Positions 31,610 through 41,084 of a stretch of 64,000 bases of DNA are shown here, piece after piece. Made by a program: the position numbers and the translations under genes. This stretch comes from Bacteroidota bacterium (GTDB lineage: Bacteria > Bacteroidota > Bacteroidia > Chitinophagales > Chitinophagaceae). Within the stretch, counting starts at the first letter, position 1. Each line of letters begins with the position of its first letter. The DNA is taken from assembly GCA_013288945.1 (NCBI GenBank), contig JABDAZ010000011.1, positions 626 through 64,625 on the forward strand, written 5' to 3'. The notes under the pieces are model-generated. The model was not told the origin of the DNA. It saw only the letters and a list, made by a program, of their open reading frames with translations, and made no database searches.

Positions 31610-31743
31610 TATCTCATTAAGCTGAGACAGCATTTAGTAAGTGAACGAACATTTCTGCTACATATTCCCCCGTAATAGTCAGTCTTCTTTACATTGCGCT
31701 TTATCCGGCTTGTTATTTATAATTTTTAACCAGTTATTTAAGT

Positions 31744-32070
31744 ATGAACATTTACGTTTCAAATTTGAGTTTTAACGTCAAAGACGAAGACTTACAAGAG
31801 TATTTTGCAGAATACGGAGAAGTTTCTTCTGCAAAAGTAATTACAGACAAATTCACCAACAAATCACGTGGGTTTGCCTTTGTAGAAATGCCTGATGATG
31901 AGGCTGCAAAAAAAGCAATCCAGGAATTGGATGGCGCATCTGTTGACGGACGTACTATTGGTGTAGCTGTTGCAAGGCCAAAAGAAGAAAGAACAGGTGG
32001 CGGCGGAAACCGTGGCGGTTCTGGTGGTTCTTTTCAAAAGAAAGGCAACTATAGCAATAGCAGGTACTAA
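31744..32070 (+). CDS. RRM RNA-binding protein with Gly-rich tail
   Basis: RNP2 IYVSNL and RNP1 RGFAFVEM. Confidence 0.95.
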   Translation: MNIYVSNLSFNVKDEDLQEYFAEYGEVSSAKVITDKFTNKSRGFAFVEMPDDEAAKKAIQELDGASVDGRTIGVAVARPKEERTGGGGNRGGSGGSFQKKGNYSNSRY

Positions 32071-32099
32071 GCAAATTTTGCAAAACCGACATTCTATTA

Positions 32100-32132
32100 T
32101 AAGAGAGTTCTGAAAAGTGGCTCTCTTTTTTT
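32100..32132 (+). terminator. Intrinsic terminator after the RRM gene
   Basis: AAGAGAG...CTCTCTT followed by T-run. Confidence 0.7.
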
Positions 32133-32288
32133 GTGCGCTAAAGTGCGGGATGATAAGCGATGATTGTTTTTAGATTGCCGTTGGCCGAATGAATATTCAA
32201 GATTTCTTTTTATTAATGCGGAATCGCCTAACGATCATCGGCCATCATTTCTCAATCATCGTTTCGGCAAAATCATTATTTTCGATTA

Positions 32289-32657
32289 ATGAATTTCATC
32301 GGCAATATTATCTGGTTAATATTTGGTGGTTTTTTGGCAGCGATGGGTTATGTGTTTGGTGGGTTTATTTTGTGTATCACTATTGTTGGTATTCCGTGGG
32401 GAATGCAGTGTTTTAAAATTGCCGGCCTGGTGCTTTGGCCTTTTGGAAAACGTGTGGTGCCGTCAAATTCAGGGATGGGTTGTGTGTCTGTATTGTTTAA
32501 TATTATCTGGCTGCTTTGCGGTGGATTTTATACTGCATGTATTCATCTTGTTTTTGCAGCTATTTTATTTATTACTATCATCGGAATTCCATTTGCGAGG
32601 CAGCATCTCAAACTGATGGAACTTTCATTAATGCCATTTGGAAAACAAGTGATTTAG
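32289..32657 (+). CDS. YccF domain inner-membrane protein
   Basis: Duplicated NIIWL..GG / ITI(V/I)GIP..PFG repeats. Confidence 0.9.
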   Translation: MNFIGNIIWLIFGGFLAAMGYVFGGFILCITIVGIPWGMQCFKIAGLVLWPFGKRVVPSNSGMGCVSVLFNIIWLLCGGFYTACIHLVFAAILFITIIGIPFARQHLKLMELSLMPFGKQVI

Positions 32658-32836
32658 GTTGATAATATCTTTCACATTAATCATCATAATCAGATATAGT
32701 TTTTTACTTTTGTTCAAGTGGGTTTTAATTATATTAATAAAATAATTTAATTAAAACTAAGGCAACCCCATTAACAAAAAATTACGTAATCAATTTAGCA
32801 AACAATAAACATTATTAATTTAAAACTAAAAAAATT

Positions 32837-33394
32837 ATGAAAAATCTGAAACTGTTTTCGATACTGTGCGTATTTGCAGCTTTTGCAATAGTGGGTTGCA
32901 GTAAAAAAGGCGATACTGGCCCTGCAGGCCCTGCTGGTGCAACGGGCGCGGCTGGCGCTTCAGGTTCCGACAGTGTATTGCATTCTGCATGGATAACCCT
33001 TGCAATGACACCGCAGGTTGATAACAACAATGACACTTTTTATTTTCAACAAATTACTGCGTCAGGTTTGAGTTCTGACATTTTAAATTCAGGTGTTGTT
33101 TTATCGTATATCGCATTTTTGCCTTCATCAGGAAGCAGCGATACAACAGTGGTAAATCTTTCTGATGCTACAACTTATACAGGCGCATATTTAACCCAGG
33201 ATTTATCTCCGCAACTAATAGAATTATACGGCGGCGCAGACTATTCAGGAGAATTATTTCGCTATGTATTGATTCCAAGTTCAACGTTAACTACTGGCTT
33301 CAACGGAACTGTTTATACAAAAGCACAATTAAAAGCAATGACGTATGCGCAGGTTAAAAAAACCTTCGGCATAACCGGATCAAAAACGAATTAA
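32837..33394 (+). CDS. Lipoprotein with short collagen-like G-X-Y stretch
   Basis: Lipobox IVGC, GDTGPAGPAGATGAAGASG, FRYVLIP motif. Confidence 0.8.
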   Translation: MKNLKLFSILCVFAAFAIVGCSKKGDTGPAGPAGATGAAGASGSDSVLHSAWITLAMTPQVDNNNDTFYFQQITASGLSSDILNSGVVLSYIAFLPSSGSSDTTVVNLSDATTYTGAYLTQDLSPQLIELYGGADYSGELFRYVLIPSSTLTTGFNGTVYTKAQLKAMTYAQVKKTFGITGSKTN

Positions 33395-33421
33395 TTGTTT
33401 ATTAGTAAAATCTTTATCAAT

Positions 33422-33455
33422 AAAAAACCCGGCATTATTAATGCCGGGTTTTTTT
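33422..33455. terminator. Bidirectional terminator
   Basis: A6-CCCGGCATT-ATT-AATGCCGGG-T7 between convergent genes. Confidence 0.85.
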
Positions 33456-33476
33456 GTTTTATTAATGGAAAAAAAA

Positions 33477-34481
33477 TTAATCTTTTGCTTGTTCATTTAA
33501 AATATTCCAGAGCAAATCTTTCAGCTCAGTTATTCCTTGGTTGGTGATGGATGAAATAAAAAGATGCGGAATGTTTTTTGGCAATTCTTTGCTGATATCT
33601 TTTTTCAATTCATCATCAAGCATATCGCTTTTGCTGATGGCGATAATAAATTGTTTGTGCAAAGATTCCGGGTTGTGCTGTTCCAGTTCATTTACCAATA
33701 TATCAAATTCTTTTTTGTGATCAGCACTATCGGCAGGAATTAAAAAAAGCAAAACAGGGTTGCGTTCGATATGCCGCAAAAAACGATCGCCCAAACCTTT
33801 GCCTTCTGCAGCGCCTCCAATAATGCCGGGCAAATCTGCAATGCAAAAAGATTTTCCATCGCGGTATTCAACCATGCCGAGTTGCGGCGTTAATGTGGTG
33901 AAAGCATAATCGGCAATTTTTGGTTTTGCCGCCGTCATTACAGATAATAATGTTGATTTGCCCGCATTCGGAAAACCCACCAAACCCACGTCGGCAAGCA
34001 CTTTCAGCTCAAGTACTTTCCAGCCTTCAATGCCATCTTCGCCCGGTTGAGAATGTTCCGGCGCCTGGTTGGTTGGCGTTGCAAAATTTGCATTTCCCAA
34101 TCCGCCGCGGCCACCTTTTATCCAAATAAATTCCTGGTTATCTTCTAAAATTTCTACTTCCTTTTCTCCCGTTTCTTCATCGCGCGCAATTGTTCCCAAC
34201 GGAACATCAATAATAATATCTTTTCCAAAACGGCCGGTGCTGTTGTTGCCACTTCCGTTTTCTCCATCTTCAGCCAATACATTTTTATAATAACGAAGGT
34301 GTAATAACGTCCACAAATTTTTATTGCCGCGCAAAATAATGTGCCCGCCGCGGCCACCATTGCCGCCATCCGGCCCGGCAAGCGCATTAAATTTTGTGCG
34401 CATAAAATGTTTGATGCCCGCGCCGCCATGCCCGCTCCTGCAAAATATACGAATCTGATCTACAAAGTTTGATTTCTCCAA
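33477..34481 (-). CDS. obgE: GTPase ObgE
   Basis: Gly-rich Obg domain, [17 protein letters not shown]; TTG start at 34481 preferred because 34500-34507 is a TATCTTTG promoter box. Confidence 0.95.
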   Translation of the reverse strand: MEKSNFVDQIRIFCRSGHGGAGIKHFMRTKFNALAGPDGGNGGRGGHIILRGNKNLWTLLHLRYYKNVLAEDGENGSGNNSTGRFGKDIIIDVPLGTIARDEETGEKEVEILEDNQEFIWIKGGRGGLGNANFATPTNQAPEHSQPGEDGIEGWKVLELKVLADVGLVGFPNAGKSTLLSVMTAAKPKIADYAFTTLTPQLGMVEYRDGKSFCIADLPGIIGGAAEGKGLGDRFLRHIERNPVLLFLIPADSADHKKEFDILVNELEQHNPESLHKQFIIAISKSDMLDDELKKDISKELPKNIPHLFISSITNQGITELKDLLWNILNEQAKD

Positions 34482-34515
34482 TGTGTGTTTATTAATCGGC
34501 AAAGATAACGAACGG

Positions 34516-34601
34516 GAATGGTCAATGGTGAATGGTGAATCGTGAATAAAATTTGCGATAATGAAAATGATACGCTGAATTATTGAACATTCACCATTGA
34601 C
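34516..34601. repeat. Heptamer-periodic inverted repeat
   Basis: GAATGGT-CAATGGT-GAATGGT-GAATCGT; perfect 13-bp IR GTCAATGGTGAAT / ATTCACCATTGAC. Confidence 0.75.
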
Positions 34602-34613
34602 AATTTGCGAACT

Positions 34614-35606
34614 TCAATCTACATCATAATGAATGCCTGCAACTGCGCGGATTTTATCAAGCGTTTCCATTAATAATAACGTGTCGTTGTGTGTCATCAC
34701 CGGGCTTTCTGTTAATCCTTTTTGTAAACATTCCACAACATGGCGCGCTTCATATTGATAACCAAAACCACCTTCTTTATCGAAAGGAATTATTTGTTTG
34801 CTGTCGATTTTTTCGGGATAATATTCAATCGTTGCTGATGGTTCATAAAAACGCGATGTTAATCTTATTCTTCCTTTATCGCCATTAATGTCTGCTTCTG
34901 TTGCGAGATTTGAAGAGAATGTAAAAAGCAATTGTGCCAACGCGCCATTGTTATATTTAAATAAAACAGCGCATTGTTCATCAACGCCTGTGCTTGCTGG
35001 TGTCATCGTTGCTTCAATACTATCTGGTTTTCCAAGAACTGATAATGTAATAAAAACATTATAAATACCAATGTCAAGCAATGCACCGCCGCCAAGTTTT
35101 GGATCAAACAAACGCTGTGGAATTGGCGCTTGCGGAATAAAACCAAAATTACTTTGCATGCTTTTTATAGTTCCCAATTTTTGTTCGCGAAGCATTTTTT
35201 GAACGACGTTATAATGCGGCAAAAATTTTGTCCATAATGCTTCCATTAAAAAAACATTTTGTGTTTTTGCAAAAGCAATCATTTCATTTGCCTGCTTGCT
35301 ATTAATCGCAAATGCTTTTTCGCAAAGGATCGCTTTTTTATGTTTCAAACAAAGCATTACATGTTCATAATGCAAAGCATGTGGCGAGGCGATGTAAATA
35401 ACATCTACTTCATTATTTATTGCTAAATCTTCATAATTATTATGACGGAATTTTGCCGGAAATTCTTTGGCAAATTCATCTGCTGAATTCTGGCTTCGCG
35501 AAGCAACAGCAATTAATTCTGCATCATTAACCAATTTTAAATCTGCCGCAAACTTGCGCGCAATGCGGCCGCAGCCCAATATTCCCCAACGGATTTTTTG
35601 ATTCAT
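34614..35606 (-). CDS. Gfo/Idh/MocA family oxidoreductase
   Basis: WGILGCGRIA, LCEKA and GGGALLDIG motifs. Confidence 0.92.
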   Translation of the reverse strand: MNQKIRWGILGCGRIARKFAADLKLVNDAELIAVASRSQNSADEFAKEFPAKFRHNNYEDLAINNEVDVIYIASPHALHYEHVMLCLKHKKAILCEKAFAINSKQANEMIAFAKTQNVFLMEALWTKFLPHYNVVQKMLREQKLGTIKSMQSNFGFIPQAPIPQRLFDPKLGGGALLDIGIYNVFITLSVLGKPDSIEATMTPASTGVDEQCAVLFKYNNGALAQLLFTFSSNLATEADINGDKGRIRLTSRFYEPSATIEYYPEKIDSKQIIPFDKEGGFGYQYEARHVVECLQKGLTESPVMTHNDTLLLMETLDKIRAVAGIHYDVD

Positions 35607-35639
35607 TAATAAATAATTTTATTGCAAGTTACCAGAATA

Positions 35640-35776
35640 AAATACGAAATGAGAAGTACTAAATGAGAAATGAAATAAGAAATCAGGAACAATAAATATT
35701 AATAAACAGAAGCCAATATAATTTATTATAAACATGTATTTACTACTTCTTATTTCGTATTTAGAATTTCTCATTT
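35640..35776. repeat. Heptamer-periodic inverted repeat
   Basis: AAATACGAAATGAGAAGTA pairs with TACTTCTTATTTCGTATTT; AAATGAGAAAT pairs with ATTTCTCATTT. Confidence 0.65.
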
Positions 35777-35817
35777 AAAAAGATTTATCTACATTCAATT
35801 ATCAAATTGATATTAAT

Positions 35818-36243
35818 ATGAAAATTCATTTTAAAAAACTATCTGTCGCAGCCGCATTTATTATTTTTATTACTGCAGGAATTGCTGCAACAAACCCGCC
35901 TGAGGAACATGCGAAAAATTTAAAAGTACTTCCAAAAGATATCAGCCACGAAGATTTGGATAAAATTATGGATGAATATAAAGCCGCGCTGGGCGTGCAT
36001 TGCGACTTTTGCCATGCACATTCAAAAGACAGCACAAGCCATCATTTGGATTTTGCAAGTGATGAAAAACCGGAGAAAGATATTGCACGCAACATGATGC
36101 GCATGACAGCGAAAATCAATAAAAAATATTTTCATTTTGATAAAAGTGATAAAGATAAAGGCGACAAGTCACTTGCTGTAACTTGTATCACTTGCCATCA
36201 TGGAAACCCGCAACCGGAAAACGCGGGCGAAATGAAAAAGTAA
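35818..36243 (+). CDS. Small exported diheme c-type cytochrome
   Basis: Signal peptide, KNLKVL, CDFCH and CITCHH heme motifs. Confidence 0.85.
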   Translation: MKIHFKKLSVAAAFIIFITAGIAATNPPEEHAKNLKVLPKDISHEDLDKIMDEYKAALGVHCDFCHAHSKDSTSHHLDFASDEKPEKDIARNMMRMTAKINKKYFHFDKSDKDKGDKSLAVTCITCHHGNPQPENAGEMKK

Positions 36244-36278
36244 AACATACATTAATAACTTATTTAACATCATCCATA

Positions 36279-36314
36279 ATTAAACCTCAGTGATTCGCTT
36301 CACTGAGGTTTAAT
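36279..36314 (+). terminator. Hairpin/terminator after the diheme cytochrome gene
   Basis: TTAAACCTCAGTGA / TCACTGAGGTTTAA perfect stem. Confidence 0.7.
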
Positions 36315-36316
36315 AT

Positions 36317-36345
36317 TTTGCTACAATGTAAAACACCTAAATTTG
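36317..36345 (+). promoter_or_regulatory. Promoter of gnd-zwf-pgl
   Basis: TTTG (36317-20), 17-nt spacer, TAAATTTG (36338-45). Confidence 0.6.
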
Positions 36346-36370
36346 CTGCCTAATTATTCAATTAAAAAAT

Positions 36371-37792
36371 ATGGCAAATCAAATATTCGATTTTGGAATG
36401 ATAGGTTTGGGTGTAATGGGGCGCAACCTTTTATTAAACATGGCTGATCACGGTTTTTCCGCAATTGGCTTTGATAAAGACACGCAAAAAGGCGCTGCAC
36501 TTGAGTCTTCTGCAACTGCCGGCACAACTGTAAAAGGCGTTGGCACATTAAAGGAGATGATTGATCAACTCAAAAGCCCGCGTAAATTAATGATGCTTGT
36601 TCCCGCAGGCAAACCGGTTGATGATGTAATTGCAGATTTAATTCCTTTGCTAGAAAAAGGAGACATTGTTATTGATGGTGGCAACTCACATTATACGGAT
36701 ACGCTTCGCCGCGTAAATTATTTGCACGAGAAAGAAATTCATTTTATGGGCGTTGGTATTTCCGGCGGTGAGCATGGTGCGCGAACTGGTCCAAGTATTA
36801 TGCCTGGCGGCGATCCTGAAGCATATGAATTTGTGAAACCAATTTTGGAAGCTGTTGCTGCAAAAGTAAATGGCAGTGCATGTGTTGCGCATCTTGGAAA
36901 GGGTGCGGCCGGACATTATGTAAAAATGGTGCACAATGGAATTGAGTATGCGATTATGCAATTGATAAGTGAAACGTATGAATTATTGCATCATGGTTTG
37001 GGATTGAATAATGATGAATTAAGTAAAGTATATAAAAGTTGGAACGATGGTGATTTGAAATCTTTTTTAGTAGAGATTACAAAAGATATTTTTCTGCAAC
37101 AGGATGATAAAACCAGCAACCGTTTGGTTGATATGATTTCAGATAAAGCAGGCTCTAAAGGCACTGGCAAATGGACTTCGCAGGATGCAATGGATTTACC
37201 AGTTCCAATTCCTGTAATTGATATGGCGGTTGCGTCAAGGGAATTATCAACGTATAAAGAAGAACGTGCGCAAGCTGCAGCTTTATATAAAAGCACTGCG
37301 ATGAAAATTGAAGTTCCGCGTGAAGTGTTTATACAACAATTGGAAGATGCATTATACTTCGCAACTATTATTTGTTATGCGCAAGGTTTAGCCATGTTGC
37401 ATGTTGCTTCTAAAGAACTGGATATGGAAATTCCTGTTCCAGAAGTAGTGCGCGTTTGGCGCGGTGGTTGCATCATCCGTTCTGTGTCGCTGGAAGATTT
37501 TTACAAAGCATTTCAAACAAATCCGCAGTTGCCGAATTTATTATTAGATAATTCTGTTGCACATTTATTGCAAGGCAAAGTGAAACATCTGCGCAACGTA
37601 ATTATTCATGCAACGCAAACGGGTTATCCGGTTGCAGGTTTGGCGGCGGCATTAAGTTATTTTGATGCATACAGAACTGAACGCCTGCCAACAAATTTAA
37701 TACAGGCGCAGCGTGATAATTTTGGTGCGCACACTTACCAGCGCATTGATATGCCGGGAGCTTTCCATACAGAATGGAAAACCGTTGATTAA
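36371..37792 (+). CDS. gnd: 6-phosphogluconate dehydrogenase (decarboxylating, NADP)
   Basis: GLGVMG, VKMVHNGIEY, SKGTGKW, QAQRD motifs. Confidence 0.97.
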   Translation: MANQIFDFGMIGLGVMGRNLLLNMADHGFSAIGFDKDTQKGAALESSATAGTTVKGVGTLKEMIDQLKSPRKLMMLVPAGKPVDDVIADLIPLLEKGDIVIDGGNSHYTDTLRRVNYLHEKEIHFMGVGISGGEHGARTGPSIMPGGDPEAYEFVKPILEAVAAKVNGSACVAHLGKGAAGHYVKMVHNGIEYAIMQLISETYELLHHGLGLNNDELSKVYKSWNDGDLKSFLVEITKDIFLQQDDKTSNRLVDMISDKAGSKGTGKWTSQDAMDLPVPIPVIDMAVASRELSTYKEERAQAAALYKSTAMKIEVPREVFIQQLEDALYFATIICYAQGLAMLHVASKELDMEIPVPEVVRVWRGGCIIRSVSLEDFYKAFQTNPQLPNLLLDNSVAHLLQGKVKHLRNVIIHATQTGYPVAGLAAALSYFDAYRTERLPTNLIQAQRDNFGAHTYQRIDMPGAFHTEWKTVD

Positions 37793-37877
37793 CTTATTAA
37801 TGTATTTTTCTGAAAATATTTATTAATAAAAAAGAAAAACAAAATCATTAATAAAAATGTTTGACTGATTTATTAAC

Positions 37878-37951
37878 CGCTCAATAAAGACCAACAGTAC
37901 AAGAGTGCGACGCCTGTGAAGATCGTTAATGAACAAATGTTCAGTACAAAA
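37878..37951 (+). repeat. Dispersed ~75-nt element, copy 6
   Basis: GCTCAATAAAGACCAACAGTACAAGAGTGCGACGCCTGTGAAG...TCAGTACAAAA. Confidence 0.85.
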
Positions 37952-37979
37952 GATTTTTAAAAACTTATTAATAAAGCGT

Positions 37980-39485
37980 ATGCAAAATCATAAACGTCCG
38001 CCGGCTTCTTTGATATTTATTTTTGGTGGAAGCGGCGATTTGAATTTCAGGAAATTATCGCCCGCATTATATAATTTATTTATTGATGAATGGATGCCGG
38101 AGAAATTCAGCATCGTTGGAATTGGCCGCAGCAAATATTCTGACGACGACTACCGCAAACATTTGCTGGATGGCATTAAACAATTTTCGCGCAGAAAAGA
38201 TGAGCAGAATGGCAAGTGGAAAGAATTTTCGAAAGGAATTTCTTACCTGCAAATGGATGCGGAAAAAGATGCAGAGTATAAAAAAATTGCATCGATTGTA
38301 AAAAAGAAAGAACAGGAATTTGGCGAGCATCCGAATGTAATTTTTTACATGGCCGTTGCGCCGCAATTGGTTCCTGATATTGCAAAAAAATTGGGGCCGT
38401 TAAATATTTGTTCGGATACAAAATGCACGCGCATTGTTGTTGAAAAACCTTTTGGCCACGATTTGCAAAGTGCGCACGATTTAAATGCATTGCTTGCATC
38501 TATGTTTGATGAAAAACAGATTTACAGGATTGATCATTATCTCGGAAAAGAAACGGTTCAGAATTTATTGGCGCTGCGTTTTGCCAATGCATTGTTTGAA
38601 CCGATTTGGAACAGAAATTATATTGATCATGTTCAAATTACAGCCGCTGAAACTGTTGGTGTAGAAGGCCGCGGCGGTTATTATGAAACGTCTGGCGCGT
38701 TGCGCGATATGGTTCAAAATCATATTTTGCAACTGATGTGCATGATTGCGATGGAAGCCCCGGTAAGTTTTGATGCAGATGAAATACGAAATAAAAAAGT
38801 GGATGTATTAAATGCGATCAGAAAAATTACGCATGAAGAAGTGCACCAGTTTGCAGTGCGCGGGCAATATGGTGAAGGCTGGATGAAAGGTGAAAAAGTT
38901 CCGGGTTATAGACAGGAAAAAAGTGTTTCGCCAGATTCAAATATTGACACGTTTGCTGCGGTGAAATTTTATATTGATAACTGGCGCTGGCAAAATGTTC
39001 CGTTTTATGTGCGCACAGGAAAAAGGCTGCATGATAAAACAACAACGATTACTATTCAGTTTCGCCCGGCGCCGCATTATGCATTTCCACCGGAAGCTGC
39101 AGAAACATGGAGGCCAAATAAATTAACGATCAGCATTCAACCGGAAATGGATATCCGTTTACGCTTCCAGGCAAAACGGCCTGGACAATCGATGACATTG
39201 AATCCGGTTGATATGAAATTTAGTTATAAAGAAGCTTACAATGGTGATGAACCCGAAGCATACGAAACTTTATTATTAGATGTGATGGAAGGCAACGCAA
39301 CATTATTTATGCGCAGCGATCAAGTAGAAGCTGCATGGAAAATTATTATGCCAATATTGGAAGCATGGCAAACAAGATTGCCAATTGATTTTCCAAATTA
39401 TGCGCCTGACAGTTGGGGGCCGGAAGATGCAGAAGCATTGATAGCAAGAGATGGAAATAATTGGGCGACGTTTGCTACACAATAA
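37980..39485 (+). CDS. zwf: Glucose-6-phosphate 1-dehydrogenase
   Basis: GGSGDL, VEKPFG, RIDHYLGKE; ATG at 37980 preferred because ATG 37929 lies inside the repeat. Confidence 0.97.
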   Translation: MQNHKRPPASLIFIFGGSGDLNFRKLSPALYNLFIDEWMPEKFSIVGIGRSKYSDDDYRKHLLDGIKQFSRRKDEQNGKWKEFSKGISYLQMDAEKDAEYKKIASIVKKKEQEFGEHPNVIFYMAVAPQLVPDIAKKLGPLNICSDTKCTRIVVEKPFGHDLQSAHDLNALLASMFDEKQIYRIDHYLGKETVQNLLALRFANALFEPIWNRNYIDHVQITAAETVGVEGRGGYYETSGALRDMVQNHILQLMCMIAMEAPVSFDADEIRNKKVDVLNAIRKITHEEVHQFAVRGQYGEGWMKGEKVPGYRQEKSVSPDSNIDTFAAVKFYIDNWRWQNVPFYVRTGKRLHDKTTTITIQFRPAPHYAFPPEAAETWRPNKLTISIQPEMDIRLRFQAKRPGQSMTLNPVDMKFSYKEAYNGDEPEAYETLLLDVMEGNATLFMRSDQVEAAWKIIMPILEAWQTRLPIDFPNYAPDSWGPEDAEALIARDGNNWATFATQ

Positions 39486-39486
39486 A

Positions 39487-39562
39487 AAGAAACAAGGTTC
39501 AAGAAGCAAGGCACAAGAAATTAAAATATAACTTGTGCCTTGTTTCTTGAACCTTGTTTCTT
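39487..39562. repeat. 31-bp heptamer-periodic inverted repeat between zwf and pgl
   Basis: AAGAAAC-AAGGTTC-AAGAAGC-AAGGCAC-AAG and its reverse complement, one G.U mismatch, 14-nt loop. Confidence 0.9.
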
Positions 39563-39605
39563 GCTTTAGGATTTAGTTTTTTTAAACAATTAATGATTAA
39601 CAAAA

Positions 39606-40343
39606 ATGGAGCTTCATATTCTTAAGGACAGCAAGGAATTCAACCATACAATTGCTGAATGGATTATTAAACAGATTAATGATACTTTAAAAAAGCAGGA
39701 TCGTTTTACCTGGGTTTTATCCGGCGGAAACACGCCGAAGGCTTTGTATGAATTGCTGGCTTCTGCGGCTTATAAAAATAAAATTGACTGGAGCAAATTG
39801 CATATTTTTTGGGGCGATGAAAGAGCCGTTCCGTTTGAAGATGAACGCAACAATGCAAAGATGGTTTATGAAACATTATTAAATCATGTTTCAGTTCCTG
39901 CTTCGCAAATTCATGTAATGCGCACAGATATTTTGCCTAAAAAATCTGCTGCTGAATACGAAAAAATCTTGCTTGATTATTTTCCGCACACAACTTATGA
40001 TTCCCCACACCCCACATTTGATCTGGTATTATTAGGAATGGGCGATGACGGGCATACATTATCATTATTTCCAGGAACAGATGTGATTCACGAAGAAAGT
40101 GCGTGGGTAAAATCTTACTTTTTAAAAGCGCAGGAAATGTCACGCATCACACTAACAAAACACATCGTCAACCAATCTTCACGCATTGCTTTTTTAACAA
40201 CAGGCGCAAATAAAGCGCATGCGTTAAAAGAAGTTTTGGAAGGAGAATTTAATCCTGATTTATATCCGTCGCAAGTTATAGCGCCTTTACACGGCGAGCT
40301 GCATTGGTTTACAGACAAAGCAGCAACTTCATTATTAAAATGA
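39606..40343 (+). CDS. pgl: 6-phosphogluconolactonase
   Basis: LSGGNTP, WGDERAVP and LLGMGDDGHTLSLFP motifs. Confidence 0.95.
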   Translation: MELHILKDSKEFNHTIAEWIIKQINDTLKKQDRFTWVLSGGNTPKALYELLASAAYKNKIDWSKLHIFWGDERAVPFEDERNNAKMVYETLLNHVSVPASQIHVMRTDILPKKSAAEYEKILLDYFPHTTYDSPHPTFDLVLLGMGDDGHTLSLFPGTDVIHEESAWVKSYFLKAQEMSRITLTKHIVNQSSRIAFLTTGANKAHALKEVLEGEFNPDLYPSQVIAPLHGELHWFTDKAATSLLK

Positions 40344-40661
40344 TTAAACGTCAACAGAATCGTACACGATCACTTTTGTCCAGAGATGCGAACACTCTTC
40401 TACAAATTTTAAATGAATTGGATCAACCTGGTAACTCGCCTGGTCATCGGCATTTTCAAAAATAAGCATCCATGATGCGCTGTATGAATTATCAATCACG
40501 CCGCGGTTTGTATCAGCAGCTTTGCCGATATGAAATTGTTTGATTGTTTTAACGGATGATAACTTTTTCAGTCCTTCAATAAGCGAATTATAATCTTCTT
40601 TGCTATCCGGATTTTTTAACCAGAAATAAACGTGATGTATAAAAATGTTTTGCAGTTGCAT
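40344..40661 (-). CDS. Dabb family (stress-responsive A/B barrel) protein
   Basis: HHVYFWLK..YQVDPIHLKF motif. Confidence 0.85.
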   Translation of the reverse strand: MQLQNIFIHHVYFWLKNPDSKEDYNSLIEGLKKLSSVKTIKQFHIGKAADTNRGVIDNSYSASWMLIFENADDQASYQVDPIHLKFVEECSHLWTKVIVYDSVDV

Positions 40662-40671
40662 AATTATTATA

Positions 40672-41070
40672 TTAAAAAAGTTGATTAATAATTTCGTTGG
40701 TTAATTTTCTATCCTGTTTTGTCCAGAAATCATTTGGTGGCGGAAATTCATTAATGTTATATCCGCCTTGTTTTTCAAAATCAAAAATTGCGTTGCAAAA
40801 ATTATCAATTACCAGCGCGCACTTCATCCAATCCTTCGACCAAATGATTAATAATGTTGATTGCTTTTTTTCTTCATCATTATTAATATTTTCTTTTTCA
40901 TAAATATGCAAAGCATCTAAAATTTTTTGTTCTTTGGTTGAAGGATTTTTTTCAACCGCATAAAAATAAGCGGTATCGCCATCATCTTCAAACACAACGC
41001 CATAGCTGTTTTCAGGCGAAAAGCTTTCTATAAAAAAGTCTTCGCCTGCAATAAAATTTTGCTTTTGCAT
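40672..41070 (-). CDS. DUF2251 family protein
   Basis: VVFEDDGDTAYFYA..ILDALHIY motif. Confidence 0.8.
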   Translation of the reverse strand: MQKQNFIAGEDFFIESFSPENSYGVVFEDDGDTAYFYAVEKNPSTKEQKILDALHIYEKENINNDEEKKQSTLLIIWSKDWMKCALVIDNFCNAIFDFEKQGGYNINEFPPPNDFWTKQDRKLTNEIINQLF

Positions 41071-41084
41071 TAAGAAGCCATTCA

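Noticed and set aside
39984-40016. Possible heptamer insertion in pgl (HTTYDSPHPT)
   Set aside because: Too short and degenerate to support without an ortholog alignment
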